Below are positions 31,437-51,065 of a DNA stretch of 64,000 nucleotides, in pieces (within the stretch, counting starts at the first letter, position 1; the number at the start of each line of letters is the position of its first letter). This DNA is from the human T2T-CHM13v2.0 reference genome, Homo sapiens, in NCBI RefSeq assembly GCF_009914755.1, contig NC_060926.1, one strand, 5' to 3'. The notes under the pieces are model-generated. The model saw only the letters and a program-made list of their open reading frames with translations, did not search any database and had not been told where the DNA came from. The position numbers and the translations under genes are program-made.

Positions 31437-33180
31437 CGTCTGCACACGGGGAGGCCTCCGATTTCCCCATTGTTTGGAAACTGTGATGTGGAAGTCGTGG
31501 GGAATCATATTCTCTCTGTTCCACTTTGGGGAGGGGAGGAGGGAGCAGAAGTCAGGAGCCGTCTTGTGGGTGTGAAGGTGAGTTGCACTGCTCCCCTGGG
31601 GCCTGCTCTCCAAGGGCCTGGTTTAGGGGAGGCTCCCTTCCGTGTCCCAAGCCTCAAGGAAAAAGTCCTGTTAACCTAAACCATTAAATGGGGAGAGGGT
31701 GATGCTGTGAAGAGCAGCTGAAGTGCTTTCCCTGTGGCCTCTGATCCCTCCCTTTGCCATGAGCTGGCAGGGTGGTCTGGGGACTCAGACAATTTTCAAC
31801 ATCCCCCTTGGCCCTGGAGTTCTGGCTTGGCTTTAGTTCCAAATATCAGACCAGAGAGAAGAGTACAGCACTCAAACCAAGCTAAGAGACTCTACCTTAA
31901 CCTGGAGTAAATAAACAAAACCAAATTGTGCGATGTGGTGGGTGTGGGAGGGAGTATTGGGACTAAACTGGACTTCAAATCAAGACACTTGCTTAATCTG
32001 CCAAATGCCAGAACTTTCCTGATTCCCCATGAGATGCTCTTTTGGACTCCAGGACTCTCTTGTGGATTCAGCTTTTCTGGTGACATTGGCTTTACATTCA
32101 GCAATCCTTTCCCTTTGGACCACAAGAGAGATCCAAGCTCCGTCACAGTAGACAAGGTGCTTCATCACCCGGCTTTGGCCCCTTTCCAGGGCCATTTCCC
32201 AGTTCTCCACCTTGCATCCTGGCACTTCAGCATCCACAACATTCACACTGCTAGAACATGGCTTTCTTGGGTCTCCATTGTCCAAGCTGTTCCCCCAACT
32301 AGAACATCCTTCCTCTCTCCAGCCATCCAGGAGCTTGACTCACATCAAGATGTAGCCCATCCATCAGCCCCTGTTCTCTGAAGCCCTCTTTGGCCACTTT
32401 TCCTACCAGGGGCATGAGGCATGACCTCCTCTGCCTTCCACAGAAGTCCATCCCCATCTTGTCAGTGCAAGTGGCTTGCACTAATTCACTTCTGTCCCCA
32501 TTTTTTTAATCTTCCATCCACCCCACGACCACCATCAGGTTTGTAAACTCTTTCAAGCAGATGGTGGTTTTGCCTTATTTTACTTTGTGTTATTTTTGTA
32601 ACTTCAGGAGGCTGCTGGTGGCAGCAGATAAAACAAACCAGGAAAAATCCAAATGGACCCAACTTCTTTAACTGGGTTCCTTCTTTCTTTTCTTCTCTCT
32701 CTCTCTCATTCTGTTTGTTTGTTTTTGAATTAGGGTCTCACTCTGTTGCCCAGGCTGGAATGCAGCAGTGTGAACACTGCTCACTGCAGCCTCCACCTCC
32801 TGGGCTCAAGTGATCCTCATGCTTCAGCCTCCTGAGTACCTGGAACCACAGATGCATGCCACCATGCCCAGCTAATTTTGGGTTTTGGTTTTTTGTTTTG
32901 TTTTTGTTTTTGTTTTTGGTAGAGACAGGGTTTCACTATGTTGCCTAGGCTGGTCTCAAGCTCCTGGGCTCAGGTAATCCACATCAGTATCCTGAAGTGC
33001 TGGGATTACAGGTGTTAGCCACCACACCCAGCCCAGTTTCTTAATTTAATGCAGCAGAACCTGCTTTGGCCTCCATGAACTGAAAGGCCATTGAACTGCA
33101 TTTAGAATCACTGGGTAGGCGGGGCACAGTGGCTCACGCCTGTAATCCCAGCACTCTGGGAGGCTGAGTTGGGCAGATCA

Positions 33181-33413
<233 letters not shown>

Positions 33414-33699
33414 TCACTGGGCAGGTTGGGGGACCAGGATCTAAAAATGGGCAGGGACACAGTGTGGCTGGAACCATGGCCAAAATCACATCCAGTGGAG
33501 AAAAAAAAAACAGACCACAAGGGGCCACAAGGGGCATGTCAAGACCACAGGCGTCTGACATAGACGTCACTTCTGTCCCCAGGATGGGACGCTGCCATTC
33601 TCACTTCAGCTAATGCCACTAGAAAGGAGTCACCACTGCCCTTGCATCCTTGTACCACTAGCTCCTCTTTGAAAGCCTAGAACAGGTGCCTTTGATTGT

Positions 33700-35620
<1,921 letters not shown>

Positions 35621-36727
35621 CATAAAAACAGCACAACTCAGCCGGGCACAGTGGCTCACGCCTGTAATCCCAGCACTTTGGGAGGCCGAGGCAGGCGGAT
35701 CACCTGAGGTCAGGAGTTCCAGACCACTGTGGCCAACATGGTGAAATCCCGTCTCTACTAAAAGTACAAAGATTAGCCAGGCATGGTGGCGCATGTCTGT
35801 AGTCCTAGCTACTCAGGAAGCTGAGGCAGGAGAATTGCTTGAATCCGGAAGTCAGAGGTTACAGTGAGCCAAGATCATGCCACTGCACTCCAGCCTGGGC
35901 AACAAGAGCGAGACTCTGTTTCAAAACAAAACAAAACAAAACAAAACAAAACTCTATGAACTGAATGGTGATTGTGGGTGGAGGGTAATGTTGGATCAAG
36001 GATAAAGATGGCAGAAAGGGCCAGGCGTGGTGGCTCATGCCTGTAATCCCAGCACTTTGGGAGGCCAAGGCGGGCAGATCGCAAGGTCAGGAGTTCGAGA
36101 CCAGCCTGATCAACATGGTGAAACCCCATCTCTACTAAAAATACAAAAATTAGCCAGACATGGTGGCTTGCACCTGTAATCCCAGCAATTTGGGAGGCTG
36201 AGGCAGGAGAATCGCTTAAGCCTGGGAGGCGGAGGTTGCAGTGAGGCCATTGCACTCCAGCTTGGGCAACAGAGCAAGCCTCTGTCAAAAAAAAAAAAAA
36301 AGGAAAGAAAGAAAGAAATAGAGAAAAGAGAAAAAAGGAAATTCTGAAATCTGGCCTGGCACGTGTGACCACGTGACCAGTTCCTTCAGAAGGCAGTTCC
36401 ACTGCCCGGAATGAATCTCCTTAGCTCTTGGTTCCATCCTCTGGGCTCTTGGTTCCATCCTCTGGGCTCTTGGTCTATTCTCTGTGTTAGCTTTCCTTTT
36501 CCATAATAGCCAAGATTTGCACCTGAATAATTTTCTTGCTTGCTTCCTGCCTATGGTATTTCAGGGGCTCAAAAGCTTCTTTTTGTTTGTATACTCCAGC
36601 TCGACCACTATCTGTCATATGGATTAAAGGAGGCAATTCATGTAAAGATCTTAGAGCAGGGCCTGGTCCCTAGTTAGTCCTGTACAACTGCTAGCCCTTA
36701 ACTTTAATATTATGGGAGTGTTGGTGA

Positions 36728-37048
36728 GAAGGGAGGAGGGAAGAGGAAGGAAGGAAGGAAGGAAGGAAGGAAGGAAGGAAGGAAGGAAGGAAGGAAGGAA
36801 CGGAGAGAGGGAGAGAGGGATAGAGGGAGGAAGGAAGTAGAAGGAGGGAGGGAAGGAAAGAAGGCAAGGTTGGAAGGAGGGAGAAAGAGAGGGAGGAAGA
36901 AGCAAGGAAGGGAGGGAAGGAAGACATAAAAGAAGGGAGGAGGGAAGGAAAGAAGGAAGGAAGACAAGAAGGAAGGAGGGAGGGAAGGAAGAAAGGAGGG
37001 AAGGAATAAATGAAAGAAGGAAGGAGGGAAGAAAGGAGGGAAGGAGGT
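36728..37048. repeat. Polypurine tract containing (GGAA)14
   Basis: 14 uninterrupted GGAA at 36745-36800, then ~250 bp of degenerate GGAA/GGGA. Confidence 0.95.
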
Positions 37049-37129
37049 AAGACAGGAGCAGACACAGGGTCTTTTGGACAGGGTAGCTGATGGGTTTGTT
37101 GGGAGACCCTGCTTGTGAGGACTCCTGGG

Positions 37130-37330
37130 GCCGGGGCGATGCACCTGCACCTGGCTGCGGGCGTGCCAGGTGGCTGTAGACGTAGGGCTGGGGCTGCTCT
37201 CATCATCTCAGCTTTTCACCTTTGAGGTTTTAATTGGAAAAGAGATGTCACCAGGGTGTGAGTGCGTTACAAGGGCAGGTGCAGGGGAGGCTGATGACTG
37301 AGAGGACAGAAACAAGGACAGGGTGGCAGA
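37130..37330. promoter_or_regulatory. Probable POMC distal pituitary enhancer with palindromic Tpit site
   Basis: TGTCACCA-GGGTGTGA (37246-37261) resembles the T-box palindrome TCACACCT-AGGTGTGA; TAATTG and CACCTG E-boxes adjacent; -6.2 kb fits the known mouse -7 kb enhancer. Confidence 0.65.
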
Positions 37331-37874
37331 GCCCAACATGGGGCAGGGGATAAGGAGGTACAAGGAGGGTGGCCTCGTTGTCAGCCTCCAGGCATTGGGA
37401 CTGGCAATGGGGGACATTACCCTGGGAGAAGAGAAGACTTAGGGATGAAGCTGCCTCATGTCTGTGGGGGACTTTGCTGGAATAAGCACCAATTCATGCC
37501 TTAAGGGTCTGAACGAGGAGCCCCAGCTCCACCTTGGCACGCCCTTCTTCATTCTCTCTCCATAGTCTCCATGGACAAGCTGGGGGCAGCTGCCATCCCT
37601 GTCTCATGGAATAACAATTGTCCCTTCTCGGAACTCCTTAGGCTCAGCCAGGGCCTCTTCATTCCTGCTGTTGTTTGGTCTAGAGGGGCCCTTGGGCTGC
37701 TCAGCTGGTGCCGGTTGCCTCTAAGGGCACAGCTCCCATAATCAGTGCCTGGTAGAGAGTTGGTGCTTGAAAAATATTTGTACAGCAAGGGTAGGAGGGG
37801 ATGAATGAGGAAGGGAGACCCTCTCCCTCTTAACCCTCAGTTTGCAGAAACTCATGATTCTCCAAAACCCTCTT

Positions 37875-38733
37875 TGTCAGAGGCGTTTGAACCAGAGCAA
37901 CTCCATCTTGAATAGGGACTGGGTAAAATGAGGCTGAGACCTACTGGGCTGCATTCCCAGATGGTTAGGCATTCTAAGTCATTGGATGAGATAGGAGGTC
38001 GGCACAAGATACAGGTTATAAAGACCTTGCTGATAAAACAGTTTGCAGTAAAGAAGCCGGCCAAAACCCACCAAAACAAAGATGGCCACTGAGAGAGTGA
38101 CCTCTGGTCCTCACTGCTACACTCCCACCAGCGCCATGACAGTTTACAGATGCCATGGCAATGTCAGGAAGTCACCCTATATGGTCTAAAAGGGGAAACA
38201 TAAATAATCCACCCCTTGTTTAGCATACCATCAAGAAATAACCATAAAAATAGTTAACCAGGCCAGGCGTGGTGGCTCAAGCCTGTAATCCCAGCACTTT
38301 GGGAGGTCGTGGCAGGTGGATCACGAGGTCAGGAGTTCAAGACCAGCCTGTCCAAGATGGTGAAACTCTGTCTCTACTAAAAATACAAAAATTAGCCGGG
38401 CGTGGTGGCAGACGCCTGTAATCCCAGCTACTTGGGAGGCTGAGGCAGAGAATTGCTTGAGCCTGGGAGACGGAGGTTGCAGTGAGCTGAGATCACGCCA
38501 CTGCACTCCAGCCTGGGCAACAGAGTAAGACTCTGTCTCAGAAAAAAAAAAAAAATTTAACCAGCAGCCCTCCAGGTCGCTCTGCCTATGGAGTAGCCAT
38601 TCTTTCATTCCTTTACTTTCCTAATAAATAAACTTGCTTTCACTTTAATCTATGGACTTGCCCAGAATTCTTTTTTGCGTGAAATCCAAGGACCCTCTTT
38701 TGGGGTCCGGATTGGGATTCCTTTCCAGTAACA
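37875..38733 (+). mobile_element. MER41A-type solo LTR with an Alu inserted at ~38261-38556
   Basis: Starts TGTCAGAGGCGTTTGAACCAGAGCAACTCCATCTTG, ends CCTTTCCAGTAACA; lacks the tandem GAS segment of MER41B. Confidence 0.8.
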
Positions 38734-38886
38734 TCTCCGTACTCCCTCTGTAGGACACATGAACCTGAAACAGGGAAGTGCCTCCTCTTCATTGTGTCTG
38801 AATGAGAAATAGCCCAGTATCTTCCCCTTTATGTGGGCATTCAAGAATCGTGAGCACTTTCAAGAAATCCTAACTACCGCTAAAAT

Positions 38887-39592
38887 TGCACTGGGGCTCA
38901 GAAAATTATACCCCAAAATATGGAACTAAAGAAGCAGCTTCAGTTCCTTTGAAGAACCTTCAAAATCTCGCCCTGACCTTCCCCTCACTCCCTGTCTCTC
39001 TGATTTTTTCCAAAACACCAGAAGGTACTGTCTTTGGCATTTCCATATCTGACTAAGGAAACTTCTTTCTAAAAGAAATACAATTGCCTGAAGCCTCCCT
39101 TCATAGGAATCTCATCAAATAACCAGGAAAGAAAGATTAACCACCTGAGAAGAGACTGGGATCATCACCGCCTCCAGACAGACTTTTCTTGCATTTTTCT
39201 GAGGGCAACTCCAAGAGATAGCCTAGGGGGGTTACCTGCATAATAAGACAGGCTGCGTTCACAATGACTTTCTGCTTCTCACCTTCACACCACCTACCCA
39301 AAGAACAGAGAAGAACTTTGTCCCAGGCCATTGTTCCTCGGGCGCATTCACTTTCCCAGAAAATCATTTACTCCTATGCCCCTCATTTTCCCTTCCCCTA
39401 TCAAGAAATATCTGCAGGCATCTGGACCTCATTGAGTTACTGGGTAATCATTCTCCCACCATTCTGCTATGCTATACACATGAAATTAATTTGTATGTCT
39501 TGTTCCCCTATTAATCTGTCTATTAGCAGTTCATTTTCAACAAAACTTCAGAGGGCAGAGTGAAGGAAGGAAATTTTCTCTTGGCACCCACA
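38887..39592 (+). mobile_element. MER34/MER39-like ERV1 solo LTR
   Basis: GGGGCTCAGAAAATTATACCCCAAAATATGG start and CTTCAGAGGGC...TTGGCACCCACA end. Confidence 0.6.
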
Positions 39593-39879
39593 ATTGTCAA
39601 TAGAAACCCTAATTAAGCATCCCTCTGAGGGGAGCCTGATGTGGTTTGCAGGGCAGACAGGGAGCTGCCTCCAGAAAAGGGCCTGAAGCCTGAAGCACTG
39701 CAGAGGAGAGGGTTACTGGTGCCCCAGATGGCCCTACAATTCAGGCGGATCCCACTGCCCCGCTTCACCCCTGCAACACGCCCTCCCCAGTCTCAGCCTT
39801 TTCATTGAGCTTCTCTCATGCAGCACTGCAGCTGGGCTACTTCACCAGCCTTCGGTTTGACCTCAAGGGCAAAGAGGAA

Positions 39880-40030
39880 TCAATTTGTGCAGAGAACTGG
39901 AATGAAAGAGATTTCAATTGACCTTTGAATGGGGTTTTAATTTGCTTTATTCCAGCCAAAGGGACCTCGTGAAGAGACCCTTGAGACTGCTTTTATCCAC
40001 TAATGCGCGCATTAGTGCAGCAGCCTGGGC
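39880..40030 (-). promoter_or_regulatory. POMC neuronal enhancer nPE2 (CORE-SINE-derived)
   Basis: Nuclear-receptor site AAAGGTCA (39926-39919) and inverted homeodomain pair CACTAATG-CGCG-CATTAGTG (39998-40017) at ~-8.9 kb. Confidence 0.85.
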
Positions 40031-40155
40031 CAAGGTCTGCATGGTCTGGGTGCCGCAGAGCACAGTGGGGAGGGCCAGAGTCCATGCCCCTCCCTAGAGC
40101 AGGTTGTCAGCACCCTCAGGGTCCAAAGCAGAGTCAAGAGTGGAGGAAGGGCCTA

Positions 40156-40479
<324 letters not shown>

Positions 40480-41049
40480 TCAGTCACTCCCCCCACCCCC
40501 ACCCCACCTCCAGGCCTCAGCCCCCTCATTTGAACAATGGGGGCGGGGAGGATGTGGTCCGTTTCAGGCCTGTCATTCTATGATTCTAGGCTCAGATCTA
40601 GAGTCAAGCTCTGTGATTAAAAAACAAACAAACAATAGTCTTACAGAACGTGGCCCCTAATGGGCACAGCTGAGTCCTCTGGGCTGAGGAGGTAAGCTCT
40701 GTCCTTCTGTCTCTTGGGCCTTTCTCGTGTCCTGTTTCTCTCTGAGAATCTGCTCCAGTCTGCACACATGGGCAGGCCAGTTCTCTGCTCTGTTCACTCT
40801 GAATCCCAGAGGAAACTAATGGGGCCACTAATTACCAGCACTCCTGCTGCAGGCAGCCACCCATGGGGTCCAAGTGGCCTGTGGAAAGCCAGCCCTGATC
40901 AAAGAGCCCTCTGCAGCCGCTCCTCACACAGAGCCAGTTCCATGGGACACCCCAGTAGAGAGCCTGTAAGTTTGTGTGCACAGTCCTGCATCAGCAATGG
41001 CAGGTTCTCTCTTACCCTGAGCTTATTACACCTGGGTATATTGCCATGT

Positions 41050-41560
41050 GGAGCCACATGTATTCTTTTAGAACCACTCCCTTATCCCAAGCCCTTTTTT
41101 CACAATGAAGGCTTGCGCCTCTGCAATCCAAGTAGACTTCCTGGAAGTAGTGTCTTTGCTGAAGATGTTGTGGACATAACAGACACACCAGGCTCTGCTA
41201 GATGACGTCCCTGCTGCCGCTCTTTCCAGACAGGGCTCAGGTGCCAGCGGCCACCATTCTGACTCAGCGGTGGTCATAATGGTCCTTTTGTGGGGGACAG
41301 GCCTTTGTTAGGGGCTCGAGCATGACTGCTACTTTTCCAGAAGAATGCGGAGTTCTCCAGCCAGCAGTTGAGGTAGGGAGAGTGACGTGGTGGCCAGGAA
41401 GGACGCCACTAATGCACATCCATTAGTGAGTGCATCACAGGGCGGCATTCAGAAGCTTCCGAGCGGTCCTCCTTCCTCCAGACCCAACAATGGCTGCGTG
41501 GAGGGGGCTTGAAGTGGCCTTTTTACAGGCACTCAGCTCAGTCTCCCTCTCCAGCCCCCG
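41050..41560 (-). promoter_or_regulatory. POMC neuronal enhancer nPE1 (core MaLR-LTR-derived)
   Basis: CACTAATG-CACATC-CATTAGTG (41407-41428), GAS TTCCTGGAA (41138-41146), CRE-like TGACGT (41203, 41383), TGACTCAGC (41260) at ~-10.4 kb; boundaries approximate. Confidence 0.8.
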
Positions 41561-42070
41561 CCCCCGTTAGGTACCCATCTTCCATTTCCATGCCTGCTGC
41601 TCAAAGGAATGGAGCAGCCAGGACAGCGAATCCAGGCAGCCCACCTGCGGCCCGGAGAGCCCCCACTGTGCCCTCAGTCCCATTGCCCCAGGAGAGGGAC
41701 ACCAGGCTGGGCAGAGCTGGTGCACAGTGACCTGCTATGCAGCAGCTCAAAGAGCCCATGACTCTGTGTGTGTCTGTGCATGTGCATGCACGTGTATGTG
41801 TGTGTGCATGTGTGTGTGTGTGTGATGGGAAGGGTGCAACGACTCCTGAAATGGGTTTGAAAGGTAGTTTGGTTTGTTTTTAACACACTGTCCAAAGCCT
41901 TTATGTCCAGTTGAAAGTGATTCCTTTCCCAGCATCCCCCTAGGCAGCTGTTCTTGGTGCCATTGAGGGGCTGGGGCTGGAGCCTTTGGCAGACCCCTTA
42001 GGGGAAATGCTTCCAGACCAGGTCTAATCCGCCTGAGAAGGCCAGTCTCTGACTTCAACATCTCATTTCA

Positions 42071-42433
<363 letters not shown>

Positions 42434-42549
42434 TTAGGTTGAAGTTATTTTTCTATGTATTATGAACATGAGAAGGTTATATTATCAATGAATTTCACTT
42501 CAAGATAATAAATAAGGTCTCACTACTTATTTATTTACTCTTGAAAGGG

Positions 42550-44650
<2,101 letters not shown>

Positions 44651-44673
44651 ACACTGATTACCAAGCAAGATAC

Positions 44674-45712
<1,039 letters not shown>

Positions 45713-45899
45713 TTACCCCTAAGGGGCCAACAATCTGTGGGCCTGTAGCTCTGTATCCAAACATAAATGCACCATTTTGGGGACTTTCAGTGTGGGCTAC
45801 GCACATCTGAGGGGACTGGCCTGGGTGAGACTGGGGAGACCTCTGACCTGAGAATGAAACTGGTCTCAGTAAGTGGAAGATGCATTATGTTAAGATTCT

Positions 45900-47290
<1,391 letters not shown>

Positions 47291-47322
47291 ATGAGGTCTT
47301 AAGAAAAATTCCCAAAGGATAG

Positions 47323-47544
<222 letters not shown>

Positions 47545-47814
47545 TAATTTTTGTATTTTTAGTAGAGACGGGGTTTCACCATGTTGGCCAGACTGGTCTC
47601 GAATTCCTTGCCTCAGGTGATCTACCTGCCTTGGCCTCCCAGAGTGCTGGGATTATAGGCGTGAGCCACCGCGCCTGGCCTCAAAGGATTTTTTTTATTG
47701 ACAAGTTGATTCTAAGATTCATCCAGAATAATACATTTTTTTAAGCCAAAAAAACTCTGAAAAAGTGACATCTGACCTCGCACTAGATGCCTTGCCTTGA
47801 GGGGCTGGGCTTGA

Positions 47815-48231
<417 letters not shown>

Positions 48232-48454
48232 TGATCCGCGTGCCTCGGCCTCCCAAAGTGCTGGGATTACAGGCGTGAGGCACTGCAACTGGCCGCAATG
48301 CATTTTTTTAAATGGTTTAAATATATTGTTTTAGACTGGGCGCAGAGGCTCACGCCTGTAATCCCAACACTTTGGGAGGCCAAGGCGGGTGGACCACCTG
48401 AGGTCAGGAGTTTGAGAACAGCCTGATCAACATGGAGAAACCCCATCTCTACTA

Positions 48455-49105
<651 letters not shown>

Positions 49106-49188
49106 TGAGCCACCGTGCCCAGCCAAAGCTTTTATACTTCTGAACTCCATGTAAAAACTACTCGCTTATGGCTGGGCACGATGGCTCA

Positions 49189-49488
<300 letters not shown>

Positions 49489-50269
49489 TTACAGTATATT
49501 TTGGAGACATCACTGATTCCAACAGCACAGGTCTTTTTCAGCCAGGGCAGATCCTTGTCTATACAAGCAAAACAATCTGGTCACATGTGTTATTCTGGAA
49601 TAATCTTTTTTATTTTTCTTCCCATCAAAGCACACTGTGGATCCTCTACATTCTTCCTTCAGTGCCATGTCAATTGGGTGCTTACGTCTGAGGGGGATCC
49701 TGTGTGCAGGAAAGAATCTCATTTTGGTTTTGATCAATATTCAGTAAATTACAATCTAAGTTTCTTCAAGCCTTTATAGACATAAGTTCAAAATCTTCAA
49801 TTTGCCTGTAACTCAAATTATCATTCATTTTTACTTAATCTTGAATAAAGGCTCAACTAGCATATAAATATAGTAAATGAAGTCTCTCAGACATGAACTC
49901 AATTTATGCTTGATTCCGTTTTCTTAGACACTTTAAGCTACATTTACAAATGTAGCATATCTGATTCTCTTAAACACTCCACACATGAAGCCTCAGCTAG
50001 CAAGCAAAATCCTTCTAAACCCTTAAGCAACGCTGAAAAACTAATAAGTCAATCATATTAAATTCAACTTCCTTAAGGGTTAGAAACATCTTTTAAAAAC
50101 AAAAACATAGTATACATGAAGAAACACACTTGTATAAATAGAACTTTTAAAGAGTATCAATATCATATATTCTAGTTATCTGGAATTCCTGGCCTCCAGA
50201 GATCCTCCCTTCTCAGTCTCCCAAAGCACTGGGATTCAAGCCATGTTCCAACTATCTACAGCTGCTTAA

Positions 50270-50404
<135 letters not shown>

Positions 50405-50657
50405 TGAGCAGCAGGGATTACAGGCACATGCCACCATGCCTAGCTAATTTTTATATTTTTAGTAGAGACGGGGTTTCACCATGTTGGTCAGGCTGGCTCA
50501 TCCCAAACTTAATGGCATCAAACAATAACCAAGGTATGCTGCTCGTGAATTTTCTGGAGATCAGGAATTTAGACAGAACACAGCAGGGATGGTGTGTATT
50601 TGCTCCACAACATCTTGGGCCTTGGCTGAGAGTTCCTGAATGACTGGAAATAATTCA

Positions 50658-51065
<408 letters not shown>

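Noticed and set aside
36651-37206. PSFL/LPSF-repeat ORFs
   Set aside because: Translation of the (TTCC)n strand of the microsatellite; same for 51774-52166
37875-38733. MER41 as an interferon-inducible STAT1 enhancer
   Set aside because: This copy lacks the tandem GAS segment (reads AAGGGGAAACATAAATAATCC), i.e. MER41A-like
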